A stretch of 63,481 nt of DNA, the filler included, from Octopus bimaculoides (Eukaryota): NCBI RefSeq assembly GCF_001194135.2. It is 6 parts of 6 records of this genome, joined end to end, with 100 filler letters (N's around TTAATTAATTAA, not from the genome) between each part and the next. Parts side by side here need not be neighbours in the genome. Positions count along the whole stretch, not along the records: positions 1 to 26,328 come from NC_068981.1; 5 more parts are not named here. The stretch is one strand, 5' to 3'. This document shows positions 10,780 to 23,155 of this stretch, piece after piece (the stretch's first letter is position 1; each line of letters starts with the position of its first letter). The translations under genes were made by a program, and so were the position numbers. Below the pieces are notes generated by a model that was given only the letters and a program-made list of their open reading frames with translations, made no database searches and was not told the origin of the DNA.

Positions 10780-12830
10780 CTGATATTGTGCCGCTGCGCA
10801 AGCGAGACGGATTTTAGTGAGGCCGTAGTAAGTCTTGCTTTTATCGAAGGGCTTGCACAGACACTTGCGTTCGACCAGCTTGATGATCCTCCAATTTGAT
10901 GCTCCTTATACTAATAAGGGAGCTGTAAAATTGGTGAATGTCAGGAAAGCCCCAGGAAATGACGGCATTGTTGCGTTTTTTGGCTCAGCAATACGATGAT
11001 GAAATACCGGAGCTTTTATCAGTCATATGTTGTTGTTGGCACTCCGTCGCTTACGACGTCGAGGGTTCCAGTTGATCCGATCAACGGAACAACCTGCTCG
11101 TGAAATTAACGTGCCAGTGGCTGAGCACTCCACAGACACGTGTACCCTTAACGTAGTTCTCGGGGATATTCAGCGTGACACAGTGTGACAAGGCTGACCC
11201 TTTGAATTACAGGCACAACAGAAACAGGAAGTAAGAGTGAGAGAAAGTTGTGGTGAAAGAGTACAGCAGGGTTCGCCACCATCCCCTGCCGGAGCCTCGT
11301 GGCGCTTTAGGTGTTTTCGCTCAATAAACACTCACAACGCCTGGTCTGGAAATCGAAACCGCGATCCTATGACCGCGAGTCCGCTGCCCTAACCACTGGG
11401 CCATTGCGCCTCCACTATCAGTCATATACCACACTGTAAATGAGAAGCGACGCCAGATATGGTGAGATGCCTTTCTCGTTTCTTTGTATAAGAAAGGATC
11501 CAAGGACAATAGCTAACGTGAGATCTCTCTGTTGTCTGTTGTTGGTAAAATCTTTACACGGATATTTCCCAGTCGGTTGTTCAACGATGTTGCACCAGAC
11601 ATAGTGTTTTTCTCAAGCCGAGGCAGCCGGAAAAGTTTACAAGACTCATTTGGTCCGCTCTATGACAATATTGAAACATGGATTTGTGTCAACCGTGAAC
11701 TACTAGAACCCATCTCAGTTGAATCTGATGTTAAATAGGGTAATCTGGCTCCTACGTTGTTCGCCATCTTCTTTTCTATTGTTATGTTGCAAGCCTTTCC
11801 GCATAGCGATGCTGGTATCTATATCCGTTACTGTACAACAGAGAAGCTTTACAACAGCCGTCGTTTTACTGCAGGAAGAAACATTCATGACTCATTTGTG
11901 ATCTCCTTTACGCTGATGATAGTGATCTCGTAACCCACACCGAAGAAGACCTGCAGCTCTTGTTGGACTGCTTTCCAGCCGCGTATGATGCGTTGGGACT
12001 TACAATCAGTTTTAAGAAGACCGTAGTCATGATACAACCAGCACCAGGCAAGCCATGCATTTCACCACAATACACGTCAAGGATAAACATTTTGAAGTCG
12101 TAGATGTTTGTCTACCTTGATAGCACACTATCTAGATTTAATAGATTGGACGAGGTGGTCAATTATAGACTTTCTACAGCTTGTGATGTGTTTTGGAAAG
12201 CTCGAATCGAGGCTTTGGCTGCCATCAGACATGAAAGCACCAAGGAAAGTCGATGTCTATCAAGATATGTCTTAACAGCGCTGGTGTATGGCTGCGAGAC
12301 TTGTACAGCTTACTGCACGCGTATCCAACATCTCGAGTGATTCCACCAGCGAAGCTTGCGTAATATCCTGAAAAATTCATGGCCATCTAATGTGCTTGAT
12401 ATGAAAGTACTGCAGCTGGCGAACACGATTTGTATCGAGTCCATGGCTATGAAACACAGACTTAAATGGTCTGGTCATCTTGTCCGTTTAGATGACACCT
12501 GTGTGCCAAAACATGTGCTGTAAGGTGAGCTGCAGCAAGGAAAACGCGCCCCAGTGTAAGCTACGCCAGCATTTCAACGACAATCTGAAAGACACTCTAG
12601 GGCGCTGAGGTGGATTCTGACTGCTATTGGAGTTAAAGAATTCGAGAACAACAAGGTTGAAAACACTGAGTTGGAACGTACTGATAAATATATGCAAGAT
12701 ATGAAAACTATCTCTGAAAGGGACACGAAGGAGTCTCTTTCGAGCGACCAGTGTGGCCGTATCTGTTTCTCAAAGGCAGGCCTATTCAGCCTGAAGTTTG
12801 GTCATGAAGGCATCCTCGACAACACCACTT
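10780..12830 (+). mobile_element. RTE-clade LINE, degenerate reverse transcriptase and C-terminus (interrupted by a SINE at 11029-11415)
   Basis: Across frameshifts: KAPGNDGI; SLYKKG; LLSVVGKIFTRI; LAPTLFAIFFS; LLYADDSDLVTHTEEDLQLLLDCF (YADD at 11909-11920); LGLTISFKKTVVM; LVYGCET; RLKWSGHLVRLDD; GELQQGKR. These are typical RTE motifs. Confidence 0.9.
11029..11415 (-). mobile_element. Full-length tRNA-derived SINE family C with (CAA)n tail
   Basis: Head GTGGAGGCGCAATGGCCCAGTGGTTAGGGC..GGTTTCGATTTCC. 12-bp TSD TATCAGTCATAT at 11017-11028 and 11416-11427. Near-identical to 28414-28796. Confidence 0.92.
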
Positions 12831-13841
12831 TGATATTCAGCATGATCTCTCGTGCACCTTGTGTAGCATAATGTATGGGTCAGCCAGTGAACTCACTCGG
12901 CATTGTCGGACCCAGCGTCTAGAAGGTCAGTATGCGATGACTGTAGGTCGAGCCATATGAGACGTCATCAGCGATGGGTACATCAAACAGAGATGTTTCT
13001 AAGAGAGAAACGGGTTTAAGAAGTGCTGTTACAAAGTCCCACCATGTCTGTCTATCTGTCTGTTTGTAGGTATGCACGTAAGTGTATATATGTGTAAGTT
13101 TGTATTAGCTTCCCTGACGACATAATGCAAGTGTTGCACAAAACCTTGCAACAGACTTTTTAGAATTGCATAAACGTAGCAAGTTATTCCATTGACGTAT
13201 AAATAATGTTGTTTTCTTGCTGCATTTTTTTTCTCATGCAATTTGATGTGTTGGTATATTATAGCCTATATTGCAACTGATCCAAACTATGCGTATAAAT
13301 ATTTACTATAATTCTATACATGCAGATTTGGAGCGTAATATGATGTATTGAGTTCCAACGTTCATTTGCTGTGCGTATGTGTATACATTAAAGCATTGTG
13401 AGTGTCTTCGTTCGCGCATGTGTCCGTGTGTATGTGTGTGTTTTTATGTAAATTTATATATAAAAACAGTTGAACATTAAATTGAAGCATAACTCAATAC
13501 ATTTTTCGTACATTAACATATTTATTAGTTTTTACAAGGAAACGTTTTACAGTGATATCAAATATACTATATGTCACACACACACATACGTACATACATA
13601 AACACACTCATGAATAGGTATATGTATGTATTAAAGCGTGTGTGTGTGTAAGTTTGCATTTTTGTATCTATATACACAGATTACATGTATATATTTAGCC
13701 GTCACTCGCAAGCGGCTAGAAAACAGCAGGCTGCACCAGGCTTTCGTTGATTTTTGTTAGGTGCTTATATGGTTGCGAGCAGACATAGATATCCACTTGG
13801 CCTCCTACCACTGACTCAATAGAACGTCGAGGATGTTTCTG

Positions 13842-13884
<43 letters not shown>

Positions 13885-14759
13885 NNNNNNNNNNNNNNNN
13901 NNNNNNNNNNNNNNNNNNNNNNNNNNNNNNNNNNNNNNNNNNNNNNNNNNNNNNNNNNNNNNNNNNNNNNNNNNNNNNNNNNNNNNNNNNNNNNNNNNNN
14001 NNNNNNNNNNNNNNNNNNNNNNNNNNNNNNNNNNNNNNNNNNNNNNNNNNNNNNNNNNNNNNNNNNNNNNNNNNNNNNNNNNNNNNNNNNNNNNNNNNNN
14101 NNNNNNNNNNNNNNNNNNNNNNNNNNNNNNNNNNNNNNNNNNNNNNNNNNNNNNNNNNNNNNNNNNNNNNNNNNNNNNNNNNNNNNNNNNNNNNNNNNNN
14201 NNNNNNNNNNNNNNNNNNNNNNNNNNNNNNNNNNNNNNNNNNNNNNNNNNNNNNNNNNNNNNNNNNNNNNNNNNNNNNNNNNNNNNNNNNNNNNNNNNNN
14301 NNNNNNNNNNNNNNNNNNNNNNNNNNNNNNNNNNNNNNNNNNNNNNNNNNNNNNNNNNNNNATATATAGGACAGGCTTCTTTCACACATTCTGATTGAAT
14401 TTTCTTTGCGTCAACATGTACATCCTTGCGATCGTAAAGTAGCATTTAATCTAATCAATATATCCTTGCCCTGAACAGTAGTCGGCGGAATACACCTCAC
14501 TTGGATTTTACCACTCCTGAGATTCCACTCGTAAATCTTGTATTCTTTTTTGCACATTCGACAACCCTTGTCGCCTATCGTGGAATATGAGACGAACTTT
14601 CTTTTCTGCTTATCGTTCTCCGATTGACAAAAATAATCCGCAACCTTCCGTCTCAATAAACCACTATTGTTGTCTTTTTTTATATTTGCTACGGATTGTT
14701 CGAAGCTAACTTTCTTCCTACACCTCGATCCCTGGAACTTACATTTATATATAGATATG

Positions 14760-14803
<44 letters not shown>

Positions 14804-15424
14804 TATTTTTTATAAGCTTAGAGCTTACAGCGATCACCGTTCANNNNNNNNNNNNNNNNNNNNNNNNNNNNNNNNNNNNNNNNNNNNNNNNNNNNNNNNN
14901 NNNNNNNNNNNNNNNNNNNNNNNNNNNNNNNNNNNNNNNNNNNNNNNNNNNNNNNNNNNNNNNNNNNNNNNNNNNNNNNNNNNNNNNNNNNNNNNNNNNN
15001 NNNNNNNNNNNNNNNNNNNNNNNNNNNNNNNNNNNNNNNNNNNNNNNNNNNNNNNNNNNNNNNNNNNNNNNNNNNNNNNNNNNNNNNNNNNNNNNNNNNN
15101 NNNNNNNNNNNNNNNNNNNNNNNNNNNNNNNNNNNNNNNNNNNNNNNNNNNNNNNNNNNNNNNNNNNNNNNNNNNNNNNNNNNNNNNNNNNNNNNNNNNN
15201 NNNNNNNNNNNNNNNNNNNNNNNNNNNNNNNNNNNNNNNNNNNNNNNNNNNNNNNNNNNNNNNNNNNNNNNNNNNNNNNNNNNNNNNNNNNNNNNNNNNN
15301 NNNNNNNNNNNNNNNNNNNNNGTACTTAAGTTTAGGCACCAGAATTAAGTATGGTATTATACATACAATTTCAAAATAAGGTTATTAAAATCAAAATAAG
15401 CAACAAAGATATCCAAAGTTAATG

Positions 15425-15508
15425 CAGTACGATCGTTTCATGCGACTCCATTTATTTAAGCAATGTGATCATTACATCAAATGTAAAATGCAGAGCAATC
15501 CTCAGCTG
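15425..15508 (-). ncRNA. Type I hammerhead ribozyme motif (Penelope-type) with long stem II insertion
   Basis: Minus strand: CAG-CTGAGGA-TTGC..(~55 nt)..GCAT-GAA-ACGATCGT-A-CTG. Stem I is CAG/CTG and stem III is the palindrome ACGATCGT, with cleavage after GUA. Confidence 0.45.
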
Positions 15509-15739
15509 AACAAAGATATAGAAATTTACTGAAATTTCATTTCAACAAAAGGACATATTTTTTTATAACTACATTTAAACTCTCCAAGTAGAAAGGAAGA
15601 ATACAAAAAACCATTTTGACTTAGTCAGACCATACAGGCTAGTCAGACCATACATTCATGACCGAAGGGGGTCTTTACCTATTTGTGTGTGTGTGTGTAT
15701 GTTTGTGTGTCTGTGTAATAATAGTCAATATTAATTTCA

Positions 15740-15870
15740 AAGGCGGCGAGCTGGCAGAATCGTTAATGTGCCGGGCAAAATGTTTAGCGGCATTTCGTCC
15801 GCCTTTACATTCTCAGTTTAAATTCCACTGAGGTCGACTTTGGCTTTCATCCTTTCCAGGTCGATAACAT
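15740..15870 (+). mobile_element. SINE family B, 3'-truncated
   Basis: AAGGCGGCGAGCTGGCAGAATCGTT...GAGGTCGACTTTGGCTTTCATCCTTT. Confidence 0.85.
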
Positions 15871-16095
15871 ATGATATTATACGTCAGAAATGATCCTTTT
15901 ACTGGATATATTTGTGCAAATCCGGTAGTGTACTCAGAATTCATGCACCAAAATTTACAATACAAGAAAATGGAATGAACAGGCTTCATAAATATGTATA
16001 TAAAAAATGATTAACATTCAGTTGAATTAGGTACTTAAGTTGAAGCACCAAGTCAGTCTGGTAATATCCGCACAGCTCGAAGTAAGGTGAATAAA

Positions 16096-16311
16096 ATCAA
16101 AATAAGTAACAGGATATCAAATGGTAATGCAGCACGACCGTTTCAAGCGACTCAATTTAATTGAACAATGCAATTATTACATCAATTTAAATGCAGTGTT
16201 GTCTTCAGCAGCACAAATATATTCATGTAATAATTGCATTGTTCAATTAAATGGAGTCGTTTGAAACAGTCGTGCTGCATTACTACTTGATATCCTGTTA
16301 CTTATTTTGAT
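16096..16311. repeat. Long inverted repeat, 87-bp arms (16096-16182 / 16225-16311), related to 15385-15520
   Basis: The arms are reverse complements with a few transitions. Confidence 0.9.
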
Positions 16312-16659
16312 ATATATATATATATANNNNNNNNNNNNNNNNNNNNNNNNNNNNNNNNNNNNNNNNNNNNNNNNNNNNNNNNNNNNNNNNNNNNNNNNNN
16401 NNNNNNNNNNNNNNNNNNNNNNNNNNNNNNNNNNNNNNNNNNNNNNNNNNNNNNNNNNNNNNNNNNNNNNNNNNNNNNNNNNNNNNNNNNNNNNNNNNNN
16501 NNNNNNNNNNNNNNNNNNNNNNNNNNNNNNNNNNNNNNNNNNNNNNNNNNNNNNNNNNNNNNNNNNNNNNNNNNNNNNNNNNNNNNNNNNNNNNNNNNNN
16601 NNNNNNNNNNNNNNNNNNNNNNNNNNNNNNNNNNNTATATAATTTTTCTTGTCTTGGAT

Positions 16660-16950
16660 TCTGTTTTCTAGTTTGGAATCCTCCGCTTCGCAGGTTAATC
16701 CACTTCGCGGGAAGAGCTATTCTAAGAGCGCCTTCTGCCTCATCTTCGAAACGCCTAGTTTAGAATAGAGGCTGCTGATAAAGGAAAAGTTCCATATGTG
16801 GCTTGTCTGTTTTCCTATGTGTTCATTCTGTTGTCCGTAAAAAAACGTCCGATTTTTGTGCTTTGTTTACGTTCCCGTTACTTTTTTGTCCATGTCTTTT
16901 GACGTCCTGTACCCGGATATGCATCTATATATACATGGAGATGTAGATAT
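16660..16950 (+). mobile_element. Unclassified interspersed repeat F, copy 1 (possibly a Penelope pseudo-LTR)
   Basis: Colinear with 58860-59095 (GGAATCCTC..ATCCACT..GGAAGAG.CTATTCTA..TCTTCGAAACG..TAGAATAGAGGC..ACGTCCTGTACC..ATATGCATCTATATA). Confidence 0.7.
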
Positions 16951-17279
16951 GTACATATATGTATGTATACATGCATATGCTCATATATCATTTGTATTAT
17001 TATTATATATACATACTTGTAAGTATGTGTGTATGCGTGTGCGTGCGCGTGTCTGTGTGTGTTTGTAACTGTAAATATATACATTTTCAGCTCAAATGTA
17101 AAATTATATCGAAACCTAGTTGTTGGCAGAAGTATTGTGCCTCGACAAACATAAATATACACCAAACATCATATCATTACCTTGATTTATATAATTTCGG
17201 GTGTACACTTCCTTCCCAACCATGTACCTATTTACAAAGTGAACATAATTGCATCTGACGCGTATCCCTACCATGTGTA

Positions 17280-17281
<2 letters not shown>

Positions 17282-17367
<86 letters not shown>

Positions 17368-17390
17368 ACAAACACACACAAACACACACA
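17282..17390 (+). repeat. (CA)n dinucleotide microsatellite
   Basis: Direct reading. Confidence 0.95.
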
Positions 17391-17881
17391 TAAATATTTA
17401 TATACATATACAAATACACATAGGTACATGCACGCTCACACACACACACACATACACACACACACACAAATATATTGGGTGTATTTGTATGTGCCTGTGT
17501 GTGTGTGACTGTGTATGTATGTATGTGTGTGTGTATGTGTATGTTTGTGAATAAGTACTTGGGGGTTTGACAGCGATATACTCGAAATTAGAAACCCCTA
17601 AATAACTTCAGGGATGTTTTCGGCTTAAAGATACATACACGAACACATACATGCGCGCTCACACAGTATGTATATATGTATGCATGTATGTATGTATGTA
17701 TGTATGTATGTATGTATGTATGTATGTGTGTATGTATGTATGTATGTATGTATGTATGCATGCATGCATGCATGTATGTATGTATGTATGCATGTCAATT
17801 TTTCTATCTATGCCTCTATATATATTGTCGAGAGAAAGACGCACAGATATATATTATATATATATATATATACATCCATCC

Positions 17882-17938
<57 letters not shown>

Positions 17939-18271
17939 NNNNNNNNNNNNNNNNNNNNNNNNNNNNNNNNNNNNNNNNNNNNNNNNNNNNNNNNNNNNNN
18001 NNNNNNNNNNNNNNNNNNNNNNNNNNNNNNNNNNNNNNNNNNNNNNNNNNNNNNNNNNNNNNNNNNNNNNNNNNNNNNNNNNNNNNNNNNNNNNNNNNNN
18101 NNNNNNNNNNNNNNNNNNNNNNNNNNNNNNNNNNNNNNNNNNNNNNNNNNNNNNNNNNNNNNATATATATAGATAGATAGATAGATACACATATAAATGT
18201 GTGTGTGTGTATATTGTGTGTGTATGTATATATACATGTACATACATATATGCGTGTGTATGTGTGTATAT

Positions 18272-18327
<56 letters not shown>

Positions 18328-20168
18328 CATACATACATATATACATGTGTGAATGTGTGTGTATCAGTGTGTGTATCAGTGTGTGTATGTGTGTGTGTGT
18401 GCGTGTGTTGGCTATATATATTATGTATGTAATCTACGTATGCATATAACTGTGTACGCCTGCGTGTGTTTGTTTATTTACTCAGAAAGTATGCAATATC
18501 AATGTATAGAATTCAAGAATATGTCTTGTGAAAGCCGGTTGGAACATAATACGCAACTGTATTAAAAGAGCATATGTACATTCACACGTATCCTTGCATA
18601 CGCATATCTGCACGCACATACACGGGAGCGTACACGCATACAGTCACCCCAAAACAATCATACACATATATAAGCACATTGTACACAGTTGAAACAGTAT
18701 TAAATTAAAATAGCCATCCATGTATCTTATTTGACGTATATACATCGCTGAGAGGCATGATACGCAGAATTTTCGTCTGAGAGAAACTCTCTTCATTGAC
18801 ATGCTGTGTTTAAAACACAATGTATAGACACACAAACATACCCATGATCGTTATCATACCTAACACACCTATGAACACAAATATCATACAGACAGCGAGG
18901 TACTACTAACATCTTGTCCAGCTACAGATTGGGTCTATATTTGGATGTATTTTGAAGTTGCTGGTATTTTAATAATATTTTCAACAACACCATGTAACCT
19001 GTGTTAACTTAATAGCAGTCCAATTTTCCTTGGTCATCTTGGACTTTGTCTTTTTCCGTATTCGGTNNNNNNNNNNNNNNNNNNNNNNNNNNNNNNNNNN
19101 NNNNNNNNNNNNNNNNNNNNNNNNNNNNNNNNNNNNNNNNNNNNNNNNNNNNNNNNNNNNNNNNNNNNNNNNNNNNNNNNNNNNNNNNNNNNNNNNNNNN
19201 NNNNNNNNNNNNNNNNNNNNNNNNNNNNNNNNNNNNNNNNNNNNNNNNNNNNNNNNNNNNNNNNNNNNNNNNNNNNNNNNNNNNNNNNNNNNNNNNNNNN
19301 NNNNNNNNNNNNNNNNNNNNNNNNNNNNNNNNNNNNNNNNNNNNNNNNNNNNNNNNNNNNNNNNNNNNNNNNNNNNNNNNNNNNNNNNNNNNNNNNNNNN
19401 NNNNNNNNNNNNNNNNNNNNNNNNNNNNNNNNNNNNNNNNNNNNNNNNNNNNNNNNNNNNNNNNNNNNNNNNNNNNNNNNNNNNNNNNNNNNNNNNNNNN
19501 NNNNNNNNNNNNNNNNNNNNNNNNNNNNNNNNNNNNNNNNNNNNNNNNNNNNNNNNNNNNNNNNNNNNNNNNNNNNNNNNNNNNNNNNNNNNNNNNNNNN
19601 NNNNNNNNNNNNNNNNNNNNNNNNNNNNNNNNNNNNNNNNNNNNNNNNNNNNNNNNNNNNNNNNNNNNNNNNNNNNNNNNNNNNNNNNNNNNNNNNNNNN
19701 NNNNNNNNNNNNNNNNNNNNNNNNNNNNNNNNNNNNNNNNNNNNNNNNNNNNNNNNNNNNNNNNNNNNNNNNNNNNNNNNNNNNNNNNNNNNNNNNNNNN
19801 NNNNNNNNNNNNNNNNNNNNNNNNNNNNNNNNNNNNNNNNNNNNNNNNNNNNNNNNNNNNNNATTGGTTAGTTTTCATTGTTTTTTCTTCTTGTTTTTGC
19901 CTTTGTGAGTTACAAGTGATGCTATCTGTGGGATTCTCAGCTTTTTTAGCTGCTATTTCTGAACTTCGGTATATGGTGAAGCAAATATTTGCTGATCCCT
20001 TAATTATATTTATAAATATATATGAGCTTTTAAATAAGTTCTCCACCAATAATGGTGCTTTCATACCGATGGGCTTGGTAAAAATTGTTAATTGTTAATT
20101 GATTTATTAATTAATAATTTGATAATCCTTTACCCTTTTAATTTGTAATAATATATATGTATATATAT

Positions 20169-20335
20169 AGGCGCTGGCATGGCTCTGTGGTAAGAAGCTT
20201 GCTTCCCAACCACATGATCCAGGGTTCAGTTCCACTGCGTGGCACCTTGGGCAAATGTCTTCTATAATACTTTCAGGCCAACCAAAGCCTTGTGAGTGGA
20301 TTTGATAGACGGAAACTGAAAGAAGCCCGTCGTAC
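20169..20335 (+). mobile_element. SINE family A head
   Basis: GGTAAGAAGCTTGCTTCCCAACCACATG..GGGTTCAGTT..CCTTGGGCAAATG..GGAAACTGAAAGAAGCCCGTCG. Confidence 0.85.
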
Positions 20336-21371
20336 ACACGCACTCACACTCACACACACACANNNNNNNNNNTATATATATATATATATATTTAATTTGT
20401 CTACACCATCGTGTCTCACAATGCTGTAAGAACGTTAAGTATGAGACACATTACCATTTCAACTTTTATTGTTGTTTCGATTGGGTACACGGAGTTTATA
20501 TTCAATTGAACGGTTTTTCGCAATAGTAATGTATGTACCATTCAGTGTTTCCTTTATAGTGGAGAGGAAAGATTTCACCTCGGCTATTGACTAGCGAGTA
20601 GGCATCATTGATAAAGCCCAAGAAAAATCGAAAGGAATTATGCGTTCTCGAGTATCATTGCCGGGCCAATCTATGCATCGTGCATATATCAAATATATTC
20701 TCATAACAAACTACGCATTAACCTACAAATGGCGCTGCCATATAATTACGTACTTGAAATACAGAAACGGAGATACATAAAGTTGGTCATATATATAATC
20801 GCATATATGACGACAGGAATGTACATATATACACATGGACGTACACATATAAATACACCCACTTCATCTCTTAGTTCCCCACCATTTATTACTTTTTATC
20901 AATTAAGTCTTCTACATTTATTATTTGTATATTTACTTTCTCCGTAACCAAACCCTTCAATATTTTATGTAATTAGTCTCATCCTGTTGTTATCTATTGT
21001 GGTCAGGCAGTGGCGAAAAAACATCCTGAGTAACAGTGTTTAATCTCAGATCAGCAACAAATATTTATAATATTTGATATAAATTCAAGCAAGCACACAT
21101 GCACACACAACGTGAAGAGAGAGATAAATAAGAGAGGAGGTGATAGAGTGGAAGATAAACAGATGAACAGAGAGACAGTTGGATTAAGAGAAAGAGAGAT
21201 AGAGAAAGAAAAACAGGGAGAAGGTGAAAAATAGAGAGAGAGGAGGAATCATTGGCCTCAGTGTTTCACTGATAAAATGCTTGTCATCCCTGAAACTATG
21301 AAAGGCAAACTTGTCCTCAGCAACATTTGAAAAGCCGGAACAAATAACGCAATGAACTTATATACACTGAT

Positions 21372-21590
21372 AAGGCGGCGAGCTGTCAGATTCGTTAGCG
21401 TGCTGGACGAAATGCTTAGAAGTATTTCTACCGTCGCTGCGTTCTGAGTTCAAATTCCGCCGAGGTCGACTTTGCCTTTCATCCTTTCGGAATCAAATAA
21501 AATAAGTACCAGTGAAACACTGGGTCGATGTATTGGACTAGCCCTCTCCCCCAAAATTTCAAGCTTTCTACCTTTAGTAGAAAGGATTTA
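21372..21590 (+). mobile_element. SINE family B
   Basis: Full head, centre and 3' tail. Confidence 0.85.
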
Positions 21591-21725
21591 TAGACACTGG
21601 TACAACACCGATTTTCCAGACAATGGTGGTCTCTTGAACCTCTTATAATCCACACTAATTTACATAGTATACACATACCCGTATTTCATTTAATTATGTA
21701 AGTAAATTTAATATTTACTTACTCC

Positions 21726-21945
21726 AAGGAGACGAGTTGTCACATTCGTTAGCACGCTGGGCAAAATGCTTAAAGGCATTTCGTCCGACTTTACGTTCAG
21801 AGTTCAAATTCTGCCGAGGTAGACATCGCCTTTTATCCTTTTAGGGGTCGATAAATTAAGTACCAGTTGAGCATTGCGTTCAATGTAATCGACTTACTCC
21901 CTCTCCCAGAAACTGCTGGCCTTGTTCCAAAATTTGAAACGAATA
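21726..21945 (+). mobile_element. SINE family B
   Basis: As above, more diverged. Confidence 0.8.
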
Positions 21946-22020
21946 TTTCTTTAATTTGAATGTGCTGACCAAGGTGACCACTTGTCTATGCATGTAGGAT
22001 CTATCTATCTATCTATCTAT

Positions 22021-22054
<34 letters not shown>

Positions 22055-22964
22055 GAATGTTCAATTCTTTAACATACGATTAAACTCCAACACGCACACG
22101 TTTACATACACATATGTATGTATGTATGTATCTATCTATGTCTATGTGAGTGCGTGTGCCTGTGCATGTGTAACAGAGAAGGAGATACAGAAGGAAGAGA
22201 GAGTAATTGGAAGCGTGAGGCATGACATGAAGAATAAAAAACTGATGGGCGAATAAGACCTAATAAAGTTAGTAATATCTGTCTTAAAGAGAAATGAGTA
22301 ACAAACCAGAGGCTCACCAATTCCGTTGTATTATACACACACTCGCACACACGCATGCAAACACACATATACAAAAACACACACACATATATATACACAT
22401 AAATATACATACATACATACATGCATTCATATATATATATATACAGAGAGAGAGAGAGAGAGAGAGAGATACATATATATACGTATAAGGTTTCTTTATG
22501 TGCATGGTAGTTATTAGTCTGTGAAAATACATTATTGTATCAAAAACATAGGTGAGAAGGAAAATGAAAAAAATACCTCACGTGAACCTTCGGCATACTA
22601 AATACCTATGCAGTAGAGTCTCAGGTGCATAACTGAGAAAAAGCTAAAAAAAAAAAAAAAAAAGATCAAATGATATTATTATTAAGGAAGCAATTATTAG
22701 ACAAAAACTCCATGCTGTGGGTATTTAAAATCCAATCTAAAACAACAAGCAAAATATATTAGTTAGATCAGTAGATCTGATATTTTTCGACGACATAGAT
22801 TATACAGATTGGAATGGATATGTCATTTTAAGTCAACTGGAGAAAATTTCAGAAACAGACAAATTTCAGTCTCATTAGTTCTCATCGGTAAATCATCCTC
22901 ATTAGTTTGTGAAACGAAGAGTAATCAATACATACGTGCATTCATAACATATATTCATGTACAC

Positions 22965-23155
22965 CTACCTACCTATTTACCTATCTATCTACCTACCTAC
23001 CTACCTACCTACCTACCTACCTACCTACCCACCCATATCCACCTACCTACCTACCTACCTACCTACCTACCTACCTACCTACCTACCTACTCACCTACCT
23101 ACCTCCCTACCTATACTACTCATCTACCTACCTACCTACCTACCTACACTACTCA
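22965..23155 (+). repeat. (CTAC)n tetranucleotide microsatellite
   Basis: Direct reading. Confidence 0.9.

Noticed and set aside
12965-12999. Minus-strand GAAACATC..GATGTA..CTGATGA (type II hammerhead-like)
   Set aside because: Stem III pairs, but stem I is a single base pair and stem II does not form, so this is probably chance.
14411-14656. Cys-containing ORF (CRMCKK), possibly a transposon fragment
   Set aside because: I could not match it to GIY-YIG, integrase or zinc-finger motifs with confidence.
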